Assembly (NCBI RefSeq): GCF_011386835.1 | Contig: NC_088791.1 | Coordinates: 13,206,316 to 13,270,000 of the forward strand | DNA from: Chrysemys picta bellii | Taxonomy: Eukaryota | Reading direction: 5' to 3' | DNA length: 63,685 bases | In this document: positions 1 to 12,735 of the stretch, piece by piece | Numbering within the stretch: the first letter of the stretch is position 1 | Layout of the letters: each line of letters starts with the position of its first letter | Notes under the pieces: model-generated | Databases searched by the model: none | What the model saw: only the letters and a program-made list of their open reading frames with translations | What the model was told of the DNA's origin: nothing | Position numbers and translations under genes: made by a program

Positions 1-917
1 GCCCCAATTCCCAGTATTACTCCAGAATGCTGCTCTTTCATTTTAACCCCTAAAAGCACATGTTTCCTTAATTTAGCTTTTAGATCACACAATGGCTTAC
101 TTAACCAGCAGTTGTGCTGTAAGTGCAAATGATCAAGTTACTGCCTGGACACTTAACATTCCATGACGCGTCAATTTAAGAGAAATAAGAATGACCTGAA
201 AGATGAGTGGTGTTCGTAGGAAGTCTCTCCACATTATAAACTTGATTATTTTTTTAAAATGTCAAATGTGTTAGATAATGTAATAAAGGAGTTAGGGAAT
301 GTTTGTGTGTTTAGAAAAATAGTGTTAGCACTAGACAATATGTGGCAGTGAGTAACATTTCTAATTTAGAGTACTATGTTTTGTTATAACCAGGTTTTGT
401 TAAGTAAGTGATTTCATACCTTAGTTTTGATTTATTTTTTTTAAATATATTTTGTTAATGTATTTCCTGCAACTGTATGCCAAAATGGTTGGCAGATAAA
501 TGCAGGGCAGTCCACAATATATTGTATATAGGACACACAAAAAGTCACAGCATGAAGCCTTGGCATGCTTAATGAATTAAGGCATTCAGTCACAAGTCCG
601 AAGAGGAAGAGGGGGAATGACGATGATTATTCAGGACAAGATTGTGACTATATGATCTGCCATGAGCATTGTTATGCTGCCCCTGGAGTAACCCAGGAGG
701 GAGATTGTGATTTAGTTTCCCCACTGCTCCGGGGGGGAGCAACCTGCATTGTGTATAGATCCTGCACACTGACAGATCTATGTGGTATGGAGGTGGAGCT
801 CTGTGGAGCCTGCTTCCCCTCCCCCACACCTGTGGTGTTGGTAGCTGGCACAAAGGAGTAAGGGGGCTCTGTATGCCCCATCGTGCTGTCACACAATCCA
901 GGCCATGATTTGGCCCT

Positions 918-1030
918 TATTTATTTGTTACAGTAGCACCCAAAGACCCCAACCAAGATTTGAACCCTCTTGTGCTGGGTGCTGTGCACACAGAGAGACA
1001 GTTCCTGCCCCAAACAGGCTACAGTCTAAG
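918..1030 (-). mobile_element. L2-type LINE/SINE 3' tail fragment
   Basis: Reverse complement resembles the L2 3' end (tagactgta..ttggggcaggaactgtc..gcacccagcacaagagg..). Related copies at ~3965-4085(-), 6050-6182(+), 10065-10165(+), 12465-12580(-), 31465-31570(+), 33020-33140(+). Confidence 0.7.
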
Positions 1031-1070
1031 TCAAGACAGACAAATGATAGGCATGGAGAAGTGAAATGAT

Positions 1071-1165
1071 TTATGCAAGGTCACATAGCAGATCTGTGGC
1101 TGAGCCAGGAACAGTACCCAAGTCTCCCAAGTCCAGTCCAGTTCCCTGTTCACTGGACCAAATTG
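1071..1165 (-). mobile_element. MIR/CORE-like tRNA-derived SINE fragment
   Basis: Reverse complement contains ctggacttgggagacttgggtactgttcctggctcagccacagatctgctatgtgaccttgc, the typical MIR head-to-core segment. Confidence 0.7.
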
Positions 1166-2051
1166 TATTTAACGGAGACAGATAGAAAGCAATTAAGAGA
1201 GACACAAGGGGAAGAGAGAGAGAGCAAGGCCATTCCACACAGCAGGAACTGCAGAGAAGAAAATGCCTTGTACCAACTTGTGAGGAATGGCAGAAAGGAG
1301 ACTTGTGGTATATAACCAAAGGAGTGGAGAGAAGTCTGAGGTAAAAGCATAAAATCATAGGGTTAGAAGGGACCGCAAGGGTCATCTAGTCTGAAGCTAG
1401 TCCATGGAGAGCTCTTTGGTACAGCTTGGTTATCTGTGTAAAAAAAATGAAATGTAGAGTCAGAAATTAGTAGGGGTTGGTTTTGGTTTTGGTGGAAGTT
1501 GCAGCTTTGTATATACAGTCCAACTTTCTCAGTCATGTATCTCTGCATCTCTATATATGGGAATATATAATTATTACACCTAATTGCCCTTCCAAGTCCT
1601 CCTCCTCTGGCCTTTGCCTTTTTCCATCCTGCCCTCTTATCATGTTGACAGTTAGTCCCCTCTTTCCTCCTTAAAACACCTCCTTTAAAACATGCTTCTT
1701 CCCTCCCGAATTGTCGCTTTTTCTTTCAATCAGTCCAGCTGATTGTGCAGTGAATTGTTGTGTGAACTGTTTTTTCTCATTTGGATACCAAGGCCCCGAA
1801 CCAACACAGTGCTTAAGCTTGTTCTAAAGTGCTTTGTTGAACAGTGCTGGATTTAAGCATGCATTTAAAGTGAGAACTCTTCAAGAAAAAAATCACAAGA
1901 ATATTTTATTGTGGGAAGTGTTGGGCAACCTAAATGTAGTGGTTACTATAGCTCCCCCTCTAAAAATGAGTTGAAAAGCTGATCCTCTCGGGCGCTGAGC
2001 ACCATAAACTGCTATTGTTTTGGAATTTAGGGTGCACAACAGACACTAGTC

Positions 2052-2363
2052 CAGGGGTAGGCAACCTATGGTACGCGTGCCGAAGGCAGCATGCGAGCTG
2101 ATTTTCAGTGGCACTCACGCTGCCCGGTTCCTGGCCACTGGTCCAGGGGGCTCTGCATTTTGATTTAATTTTAAATTAAGCTTATTTAAACAATTTAAAA
2201 GCCTTATTTAATTTACATACAACAATAATTTAGTTACATATTATAGACTTATAGAAAGACACCTTCTAAAAATGTTAAAATGTATGACAGGCACGCGAAA
2301 ACTTCAATCAGAGTGAATAAATGAAGACTCGGCCCACCACTTCTGAAAGGTTGCCAACCCCTG
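2052..2363 (+). mobile_element. hAT (Charlie-type) MITE, ~310 bp, copy 1
   Basis: TIRs CAGGGGTAGGCAACCT / AGGTTGCCAACCCCTG. 8-bp TSD cactagtc / cactaggc (7/8). Homologous to copies at 5172 and 17570. Confidence 0.92.
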
Positions 2364-2756
2364 CACTAGGCCTTAGTAACTCAGCCCCATTCTTCACAAT
2401 ATTGCAGAACATCCTGACTGTGGTCCCAAGGCTGCAAACACTTATGCATGTGCTTAATTTTGCACATGTCAGTAATCCCGTTGAAACCATATAATTAAGT
2501 GTTTGCAGGTAAGGGGCTTAGATTTTTTCCCTTTTCTGTGTTCAAAGTTTTGATTCTGCAAGTATGTTTCCTTGCTGTATTTGGGAAATATTTGCTTTAA
2601 TCTAAACTATGTGAAGTGTGCTCAGATACCAAGATGGATTTGTAATAATTGGGTGTGAAGATGCTTCTCTTGAGGGCCTATTGAGTACAATGAGAATATC
2701 TGTACAATGTTAGGGTCTGACCCACAGTTCACATGTGTCATATCGTATCAGTCTCA

Positions 2757-3022
2757 GGGCTTGTCTATGGTGCATCACAGTGTGGACTATGGTATGAATT
2801 GCAGTGCACATCAAAGTGTTACAGTAACTGTCTCACCTGGACACTGCTGGTGCAAACTGAAAGATAACTGGTTCACATTCATATAGTATAGTTTGAAAGC
2901 ATTAATGCAAACAAAGTACCTTTCAGTTCACACCAGCAACATCCAGTTAGATTGCAACACTTTGGTGTGCTCTGCAATTCACACCCCTGTAGTCCATACT
3001 GCAGCACAATGCAGACATAACC
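2757..3022. mobile_element. Palindromic PIF/Harbinger-type MITE
   Basis: Termini gggcttgtcta.. / ..cagacataacc, with long imperfect internal inverted symmetry. Confidence 0.7.
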
Positions 3023-3330
3023 TCATTGTGTGGAGACCAGCTTAATCTTTTCATAACTCTACAAGAATATTAAAGCAGTAATTAACATACTGCACATACA
3101 TTTACAAACACAATGAACTTCCAAGTTGACTTTTCAGCCCATAACTGATTTGTGATGAGATATTGCAGGGCTCTCCCAACAGTGTCCTTACATGCTTTGG
3201 CATGTAGTATGGGGAAGAGTGATCATTCCTTTTGTCAATTTAACTCAGCTCCAGTGTAATTAGTAAAGAAGTGTTAAATCTCTGTTTAGAGAAGCAGTGT
3301 ATTTATTGTTAAATGTATTCCCTTGAACAG

Positions 3331-3413
3331 ATCAAAGTGGAACCTGTTGTTCCAGCTCCATCACCAGTTATTCCCAGGCTGACGCTGAGAGTGGGTGCTG
3401 GCCAAGACAAGAT
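3331..3413 (+). CDS. TAF3: TAF3 internal coding exon (exon 4 by human numbering), IKVEPVVPAPSPVIPRLTLRVGAGQDK(I)
   Basis: Acceptor ttgaacAG ends at 3330 and donor GTAAGT starts at 3414. The 83 nt are 27 codons plus 2 nt. The peptide matches recalled vertebrate TAF3, and the phase-2 end joins the exon at 18499 in frame (AT+A = Ile). Confidence 0.95.
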
Positions 3414-5171
3414 GTAAGTACAAAGAAATCGAGTGGAAAGGGGTGCATGCTTATCAGAGATTCATTGCTTATCACTTCTAATAAATCCTGTTTTCATAAA
3501 GGAAACTTTAAAAATGATTGGCTGATAAAGGTGTGCATCTGAGAAACCTTCTCCCGATATTACAAAGTATAAATCAAAATACTTGCCATTAAAGAAATCT
3601 CACCCAATTTATTTCTTAACCTCGGAACGAAACACCTCAGCATTTCCAAGGAAAACCCTCTGAATTTCTCCATTATCTGTCCTGCTGCATTCCCTGCTAA
3701 TGTTCTTCTAGGAACATAGTCTTAAATCACTGGTCAATTTAGGGTAATGACCAATCTTCAACAGTAGCCAATGAAAATCTTCATAATCCATACCGTACTC
3801 CAGGGAGAAGTTTCAGAGCCCCAGGCAGTTAGCAGCTTTGTGCATTGAAACATGATGGTTGACATCCCTTTATACATTTTTATCTTAGCTAGTATAAACT
3901 GTTGGTAGTGGTTATTCATGTAGGTGCCTAATCCTTTTTAAATCCTGGTTTTGTTCATTAGCTCACTAATTATTATTACTTGTACAGTACTACAAAAGGA
4001 CCCAATAGTCCTTTTGTGCTGGGTGTTGTACAAACATAAATAAATAAGACAATCCTTGCCCCAAAAAGCATATGATCTAAATAAGGACAAGATGCAACAG
4101 GTGGGTGTAGAGCACAAGCGGGGAAAGAGTGTGTGGAGGGGAGGAACAAGTGGCATCAAGTTCCATAGGTTGGTTTTGCTTTGTGTGAAAGTATTTCCTT
4201 TAATCAGTTTTCAAAATGTGTTGCCTTTTAGTTACACAGGTTTCTTATATTAAGATATGGTAAATATTAACGCCCAACAGATCTTCTCCCTACCACTCAT
4301 TATTTTATGTACCTCTGACATGTTGCTGCTTCTTTGTATCACAGCCAAACTAAATAGTCTAATCTTTTTTTCATCTCTCTTGATGTATGAGATAAGTTGT
4401 ATTATTATCAATTATTATTATTACTATTGTATGCCAGTCTTTCCATGCCTCTTGTCATTTGCTTTGTCCTTTACTTGACCTTTTCTGACACATCTGATTT
4501 GAGATGGGGTAGCTAGTGCTGAACACAGTATTCAATGTGTCATCTTACCTGCAATCCATTTACAAAATGGCCTTGTGATGGAGTGGTCTATCTCTGAGAT
4601 GATTGCTGACTCAATGGGGTGGGGGAAAGGAACTAAAAAGCTTTGCCATAGTTTGAAAGAATCAATGCATCCTGGAAGCTTGGGTTAGTCAGAGGCCTTC
4701 GGTCTGGATGCCTTATTTAGGGGCCTACCCAACTTGAAAGATTTGCTCCAGCCCTGAAAGATTCATTCTAACTTGGGAGCTTACCTGTTGCAATCTTGAA
4801 AGACTGAGTTAAGCCTGATAGTGTTTCCCCCTCAACCAGAAAAGCCTAGACAAAAGCCTGTTCTAACACTGGAAGGGGCGGGGGTTACGGTAGCTGGGAG
4901 CTATATTGTTATGAAGTTGCTGTGGGAATTTTTTTGAATTAAGTAATTTCAGTTCCTATGGGACCTAAAAAGTTATAAGTAGTATATTTTCCCCTTTACT
5001 TTTAATGCTCCCGAATCTTTTCTGCCTTTTTGCCCTTCATAATGTTAGAGTCTGACCCAAAGTTCACATGTGTCATATCATTTTATGACAGGCATTATTT
5101 TTTCAAAATTATTCTCTGTCCCGTTAAGTATGACTTCACTGAGGACAGTTGGACACAATGTCCCTTTAAAG

Positions 5172-5482
5172 CAGGGGTCGGCAACCTTTCAGAAGTGGTG
5201 TGCCGAGTCTTCATTTAATCACTCTAATTTAAGGTTTCGCGTGCCAGTAATACATTTTAACGTTTTTAGAAGGTCTCTTTCTATAAGTCTATAATATATA
5301 ATTGAACTATTGTTGTATGTAAAGTAAATAAGGTTTTAAAAATGCTTAAGAAGCTTCATTTAAAATTAAATTAAAATGCAGGGCCCCCCAGAGCAGTGGC
5401 CAGGACCCGGGCAGTGTGAGTGCCGCCGAAAATCAGCTCGCGTGTCGCCTTCGGCACGCGTGCCATAGGTTGCCTACCCCTG
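5172..5482 (-). mobile_element. hAT MITE, copy 2
   Basis: Same TIRs, opposite orientation to copy 1. Perfect 8-bp TSD ctttaaag at 5164-5171 and 5483-5490. Confidence 0.95.
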
Positions 5483-5527
5483 CTTTAAAGTCTACCAATG
5501 CACTTTCCTTATAGATACAAGGAGGAT

Positions 5528-5820
5528 GATTTTAGACTCAGACTTTAAGGTCAGAAGGGACCATCATGATCATCTAGTCTGACCTCCTGCACATTGCAGG
5601 CTACAGAACCTCACCCACCCACTCCTGTAATAGACCCCTACCCTTGGGCAGAATTACTGAAGTCCTTTAGGACTTCAAGTTACAGAGAATTCACCATTTA
5701 CACTAGTTTAAACTGCAAGTGACCCATTTCCTATGCTGCACAGAAAGGCAAAAAGCCCCCAGGGTCTCTGCCAATCTTATTGGGGGGGGGGAATTCCTTC
5801 CCAACCCTGTATGGGGTGCA
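5528..5820 (-). mobile_element. CR1 LINE 3' end fragment
   Basis: Begins ..gactttaaggtcagaagggaccatcatgatcatctagtctgacctcctgca, the reverse complement of a CR1 3' tail. A shorter tail of the same type lies at ~1350-1393. Confidence 0.75.
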
Positions 5821-6799
5821 TATTGTTTGCTAACCTTGTGAGTAACTATCATTGCTCGTACATAGGTATTTAAAAACCTGGGCAATTTCCTCGTACATAT
5901 ACTAAGTTTAATCAGTCAAGGTTGCTATAGACTGTATGTCCCACCAATGTAAACCACATTAGTGTTTAAGTAAAAAAAAAAAAAAAATGTAGCACTCCAT
6001 CTACATTCCACTCACTATTATCCTTATTCAGTGTCAACAATCTCCCTTCCACAGCACACGTGTAAACTCTTTGGGGCATGGGATTGTCTTTTGTTATGTA
6101 CTATATTCTTCCACATCTTTAACGGAGTGAGGCCCCAGTCCATAACTGGGGCTTCTAGGAGTTATTCCAATACAAATAATATCGCTGCCCTCCGCCTGAA
6201 GAACAATATCTAGTCTTAATTCAGACCGTGTTTTTAGTTCTCTGTTCAGTCACCTAGTAGCAGAGATTAGACCTGTGGATCTAAAGCCGTAAGTCTCTAC
6301 AACGCTCTGCTCTGTCAGCTCAAAGGCTGCAGCAGGCACATCAACCTGTATGTACTCCAGCAACTAGAAGGGGACACGCTGAACCACACTGTGCAAGGGA
6401 CTTATTTCAGGTTGAGATGGGGAACTGGTGAGTGATAAGTAGACGAAGTCTTGAATTATTTTAAATGCTCACTATCTTCGTTTTTACGGTGTATATTGCT
6501 GAGAAATATAGGCAGTTTAGCACTGTAACAGTTAACAGCTGGTGTGTGTTGGAGGGCGTTTTATATAAAATACTGTGTTGAATGGGTGTAATTTCAGAAA
6601 GAGAGAGGGCTATAAAGAAATAAGGCTTGTGAAATATGCCGCTGGACATTTTATTTGGCTTTATTTAGATTTTTTGTAAAAATAATGATGGCTATTCAAG
6701 GTCTATGCACCTCAGTGTAGTTAATCATATAGTAAACACCATTAAATTGAATCTCAGCAGCATTGAAATACATTCCACAGGTACTTGGCTAGTCAGCCA

Positions 6800-7260
6800 G
6801 CTATCCCTTTCAGCATCTCAGAAGAATACTCTCCACTTTCTCCAAAGACCCCAACCATCAAGTAGTGACTTTTGCAGCATGCCTGGAAAGTCTCTGAATG
6901 TGGGTTATTGTGGAACAAGGGGGAGCGTGTTCCATAGTCTTGGAGGCCCCACAGAGAATACCTGGCCAGCCACCCCCACTTTTATAACAAGGGGATGCCT
7001 CTTCAGCACCTTTGCTGACCGCATCTTTGACAGTATGTCACAGGGAGAGAGGCGGTCCCTCAGGTGAACAGTCCTAGACCATAACCAACATCCTTAAAGT
7101 CTGTCCAGAGGCCAGTGGACAGCCAGTGCAAATGCTGGAACACTGGTATTGTTTGTTCCCAGCAAGAAGCAGTAAGATGCCATGTTCATTCAGAGACAGA
7201 AGGTGCAGAAGGTGTAGGCCCATGGAGAATGGTACACTAAGACCAGTCCCGTCTTAATCC
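6800..7260 (-). mobile_element. Degenerate L2-clade LINE ORF2 3' fragment
   Basis: Minus strand carries ..ccagtgttccagcatttgcactggctgtcc.. (PVFQHLHWL) and ..ctgagggaccgcctctctccc (LRDRLSP), matching the L2 ORF2 C-terminus. Confidence 0.7.
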
Positions 7261-7283
7261 CATCCTGGGGCTCACATACTGCA

Positions 7284-7481
7284 GGCATGTCTACCCGAAC
7301 GTTTACTGCACAGCAAGCTGGGGTGTAAATCTACAGCACTCCAGCGAGCTGCTCACCAACGGTCCATGTGGACCCTGCCGATGCACATGCACAACAGCAG
7401 TGGCCACACGGGTAGTTAGCTGGAGCTCACTAGATTTACACTCCAGTTTGCCACACGGTAAGTGTTCATGTAGACATGCCC
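7284..7481. mobile_element. Palindromic Harbinger-type MITE
   Basis: TIR GGCATGTCTAC / GTAGACATGCC, with inner inverted arms (ctggggtgtaaatcta / tagatttacactccag). Confidence 0.8.
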
Positions 7482-8114
7482 TGCATGGAGACACCCCAAT
7501 ATTAGTCCCCACTGAGGGTGAGGGGGTGAGGCCACGCTATGTTGTAAAGACAGCTTCTGGTGTGGCTGCTGAGTCAACTGCTGGAATGGAAACTCTATGC
7601 ACAGAAGAAGTGCAGCAAGACAGTAGCTGTGCATGCTTTCACTCATGTGCCTTAATCCTGATTTACCTGTATGGGTGAGAAGTTAGCTCATTCTCTCTAC
7701 CTATTCAGTCCTTAGTCTCTGCTGAGATTGACAGTCAAGGTGCAAATCAGAGTTAATTGTGACAGTGAATTTTAATTATTTATATTTCTGTGAATGCTAA
7801 TGTTGGCTGGTCCTAGATATAAAAGTGATCTCTGCATTTCATGTTTGCCCTACATAAGCATATGTTGTCAATCCCAAGAATACGGGTCTTCACAGTATCC
7901 TAAATAAGTATGGGGTATAATGTCAAGGTAGTAGAAATTAAAATGTAGCCATTACTGAAGGATAAATAGAACAGTAGGAAAGACTGCTACACATTAGGTT
8001 TTTGCAAGTGTTTTAACTGCACAATAAAACAAGTGGAAAGTAGATTATAATCAAAACATTTCCATCTTAGTAGTAAACAATTACAGCAATACTTGCATGG
8101 ATGCCACATTAAAA

Positions 8115-8278
8115 NNNNNNNNNNNNNNNNNNNNNNNNNNNNNNNNNNNNNNNNNNNNNNNNNNNNNNNNNNNNNNNNNNNNNNNNNNNNNNNNNNNNNN
8201 NNNNNNNNNNNNNNNNNNNNNNNNNNNNNNNNNNNNNNNNNNNNNNNNNNNNNNNNNNNNNNNNNNNNNNNNNNNNNN
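8115..8278. other. Assembly gap (164 N)
   Basis: Run of N. Confidence 1.
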
Positions 8279-9184
8279 AGTTTGCTTGGGTTTTAAAATA
8301 TTTATGACCACCTTTTTAGTGATGATTTGAATGATAAGTTGGAAAGTTGTTGTTGTTGTTTTCCTGCAGTGTTATCAAGGCACAAGATCGCTAATTGAGT
8401 CAGTGTAGGAAGGCATTTAAGATTCGTCATGTAGAGAAAGCTGGTGTGGACCCTTCCTGAATTTAAATCTCCTGTAATTAGCTGTTTTGTTGAATCATCA
8501 TGTGGTGGCTTGTTTGTCCGTTGTCCAGTTATTTTTTCCCAAACAAAATCATATTTCACACCTATGGTGTCTAAGAATGCTAATCTACTGATAATGCATT
8601 GGCATGGCATTTATTATGCAACTGACATGAACTTCAAATTAACTATGTGCTGTAATTCCTGATATTTGTGATAAATTCATTTTATATTTACAGCCAAATA
8701 AAAAACAAAAATACCAACATGTAGCTTCAGTGCGGGGCTTCAACAATGTACAAGTGATTTTTTTCAGGGCTTCTGTGGCTTAGAAGCAAGGCATATATTT
8801 TTGTGAAATCAAGTCTTTAATCTGTATCTTAAAATGTCAGGCTTCTTCCTCCAGGCTTACAGTATTGTATTTTAGCTCTACTTTCAGTAGGGGACCTTGT
8901 TGCTAGTAGTGAGTGGAAGATAGCTGTTTTAGCACTGATTTAACTTGTAATTTGATGTGCCCAGTCTAATTAAATTGCCATTTATCTTGAAATTTTTGAA
9001 GTGGGTAGATGTGACTTTTTTTAGAATATAAATGTGTATGTATATCATCTAAGGGTATTATTTATTGAACTAAAATCTTAAAAGAATTGATGAATGGAAA
9101 GAAGAAATTTTTGCTCCTGGTATTTCGTTGACTCACTGAAGCTTCATCCCAAATACTGAGAGAGAGACGTTCAGGGACCTAGCT

Positions 9185-9490
9185 AAAATGTGTTGGTGGA
9201 CTCATTCCACTGCTTAGCATAGTGGATAAATGTCCATATCACCAAAACCACTACCATAATTGGCACTGATTGACACCCCTGGTAGGAAATCTCAATAGAG
9301 GCTAAGGACTGAATGGCAGTAGAGACTGAATTATCCACTCACCACTAGATGTAATCTCTCTACTGAGCAGTGGTGACCTAGAAGCACACTGGTGGAACAA
9401 AGAGAGAGAGCCTGTATTGCTATTTTTGAGTCTGTTACTGTTCAGGTTCCATGACTGTCAGTCCAACACCGTCCACGAGAAGCTCACATA
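9185..9490 (+). mobile_element. LF-SINE-like ancient SINE, 3' two-thirds
   Basis: tgtccatatcaccaaaaccactaccataattggcactgattgacacc..agaggctaaggactgaatgg..gagactgaatta matches the LF-SINE consensus as I recall it; not searched. Confidence 0.7.
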
Positions 9491-11281
9491 ACACACTCAC
9501 GTTTATGTAAACTGGCACAAATGGCGTCTGCCTGAAAAGGCATAGGAAAGAGAGAGCATGGATGGAAAAACATTCTGGTGGGGAACTACAAGGATCAACA
9601 AGTGGAAACCAACCGTGGCTATCTGCAGCACATCTAGATTATCGCAGAAATTCATTTTTAAGCAAAGATAGAGGGTTTTTTTCCCTACCAATCTGTATAC
9701 CTATTCACTTATCAATTATTTTAAATACATATGTAATAGCGTATTAATACCCCACTAGAATACCTCTGTGTTATATATTTATGTAGCTTTTGTATTTTCA
9801 TATGGCTTCATCTTTTGTCATGGAGCATACAGACGAGTACCAAAATTACTATAGGTCAAGATTTCCAAAAATGGGGTGCATACAGTTAGGCTCCTAAGTG
9901 TTGGCCTGACTTACAAAACAGCTGAGCTCACAAGAACTCCCGGTGAAGTCAAAATCTCTAGGAAAAGTTGCACAAAAAGTAGCAGAATTGAGAGAAATCA
10001 GAGAACCAAAAGAGAAACATAGAAATAAGGCTACAGATTTTTTCCCCTCCTGCTTGCATTGGAAGTTCTTGAGAATAGGGACTGTCTCAGTGTTGGTGTA
10101 ATGCCTTGCTCATTGGGGCCCTTATCTCAGTTGAGACTTCTAGTTGCTACTGTAATATAAACATTTTTTTTAAATGTGAGGTGCTCAAACACTACAGCAA
10201 TGGGAGTTGTAAAAGCACCTATATATAGAGAGAGAGAGAGAATAGGAGTTTGCCACAGACTTCAGTGAGACTACAATTTGCCCCATACAATTTTGTACAG
10301 TCCTTACAATTTTTACATGGTATCTTCTTTAATGGAAATGTGTAGGCTTTTTAAGGATGGTTGTTCTCCTTTTAATGATAAATAAGTAAGCCATTGTGAA
10401 GGAACTTTTGAACTTTGTGTGCCATTTAGTGGCAAGTTATTCAGACGTTGATAATTTAGATTACTGGCTTCATAGTGTTTGCCCACAATAGCTGAATAAT
10501 GGGGATCATTAAACTCCCTGTGTAGGTATATCCAAATTGTGTTTGCCTTTAACCTTGGCTCTCAATGTGGCTGGGGAGGGAAGGATTGGCTCTTTATTGA
10601 CTTGTCAAGCCATAGGTTTGCATTACAGGCCAAGCAGCTCATGACCCGTTCCATTTATTTCACTGTTTTGTGGTGGGGAAACAGGTAAAGGAATCCTGCT
10701 GGAAGCCCCTCCTTCTGCACGTTTTTATGAATGAGTCCAGTGTTTGTAGCAGTTAAGGCACCGTGACCAAATCCTCCAAAAGATGTAATGCAAGCAGCAT
10801 GGGGCTATTGTGGGACACAGCTGTGGGCGGTGTTGGTTACCCTGTGAGACGTTGCTTATTCAACAGAAAGCTCTGGAGGAGAACTTACTGTGGAATTAAA
10901 TAGGAGGGAAAAAGTGATACTTCAGGGAGAAAAATGTAGAAGGGTAAACCACTGTTTGGAAAATCAAACAATAGAGTCCTGGCAGTGAATGTCTATGTTT
11001 ATTACAGTACTAATGGGTATCCCAATTATTTTACAATGTAGCACTTAGCAGTGAAAGGCTAAATGTTAACAGTGTGATACTAGAATTAACACTTTGTGTT
11101 GCTCCATCAACTTGTTCTACAAAACCAAAAAAAACATATACTGGTTAAATCAACTCCTGATATAATTAATGGACCACCTAAGAGAGCGGAGGGAGAGAAG
11201 TGAAAAATGATCTAATTTCCAGCCAAGTAATAAGTGTAATGTAGGATTTAGGAACTCCAGTGAACTTTATAGTTTTCCTAA

Positions 11282-11425
11282 GGGTATGTCTACACTATGG
11301 AGACTATACTGGCATAGCTATGTCACCGTAGCTGTGCAAGCATATCCCCATAGCCTACACTGACAAGGAGGTATTCCATCAGTTTAGGAACACCAATTCC
11401 CCAAATGACAGTAGCTACATCGACA
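11282..11425 (+). mobile_element. Truncated Harbinger-type MITE
   Basis: Starts GGGTATGTCTACACT after TAA. Internal sequence is related to the element at 38471-38772. Confidence 0.7.
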
Positions 11426-12735
11426 AACATTTTTCACACCCCTTCTAACTTTTAAGAGTAGGCCAAGCCTACCTCTTTATATGTTTTCTTCCCTGGAATC
11501 GCTACATTTAAATTATAATAAAGAGCTGGAGGACTTCTCCAGTGAGCTAATGCCTTTTTAAATACAGAATGGGTGTGCTCTTTATTGAAGACATTGTCTA
11601 GGGTGTGGTTCATATACTCAAAGGAACATTTGGCAAAGGGATAATATATTTGGCCCCAGTCCTGCACGCAACCCCCCATCCGTGGACCCTGGCATCCATA
11701 CAGAGTCCTGTTGATTTTGTTCTGGCTCCACAAGGGTCTACCTAATTGTAGGATTGGGTCTTTTGTGTGCAAGTATCTATGCTTCTGAAGGTAATCAGAC
11801 CCCATTGCCAGAATGGGTGAAACACTGCTTTTTCCAGTGCGCTTTTAAAGCTGACCTAGAATTGTTTTCCCTTGAGCGTAAGAGTTAGTTCAAACCTCAA
11901 GCTTAGCCCTAGCCTCTCCTTTAATTACCGAAGCCACCCCACCAATTAATCACCATGGTTTTGGTAGTTGGAAGGTTCATGCAAAATTATTTTCATTTTG
12001 CACTTGGATCGTGCTCAATGATGACTCCAAATGTGACTCTATAAAAAGGTTTGAGTCATTAAAAAACAAACCACTTACTGCCTGTGAGATTTTTTTTTAT
12101 TTTGCTGTTGGTTGCACAAGAGCATATTGTATACCTCAATTAAAAAGGGGAAAAAAACTTCAGGCAGATTTAGACACATATCGGCTGCAGCAGGGTTGCA
12201 TGTGGAAATGGGTGTAGGCAATCTCCCTTTATGGCAAAACAGAAACTAATCAAATGGACCCAACCGAATTGAAGGTAAGTGCTTCTTCATTACACACACA
12301 CAAAAAAGCTTTGCTTTGCCACAAAATTGGTGCGAAAGAAAAGAACTTTGATATCTCAGTTTTTCCCTTAAATATAACTCTTTTTTTGTTACCAAAGTCT
12401 CACTTGTTTCAAAATGAAATTAAAACAAAAATAAGTAGCTTGCCTAGAGCCAAAGATTTGAGGTATTATTATTATTTAGTGCCTAGGAGCCCAGACATGG
12501 TCCAAGGCCATTGTGTTAGGCACTGTACAAACACAGAACAAAAAGGTGATCCCTGCCCCAAAAAGCTTGCAGTCTAAGTACAGTTGTTAGGCAAGTGGTT
12601 CATCTGGTAGCTCAGTGTATCATCGGGCGAAAGATCAGGGTTTCGGACAGACCACATCACTCAGTTTTTGCATAGGTAGGAGCCAGTGACAAGGTGGAAA
12701 TAATAGTCATTATTCAAGAGGAGGCCTTTCTGCAC

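Noticed and set aside
643-893. TGTGAC...GTCACA bounded segment resembling a solo LTR
   Set aside because: No target-site duplication found and no second copy in the window.
8081-8330. ORFs spanning N runs (also 44753-45269 and 50718-51005)
   Set aside because: Artefacts of assembly gaps translated as X.
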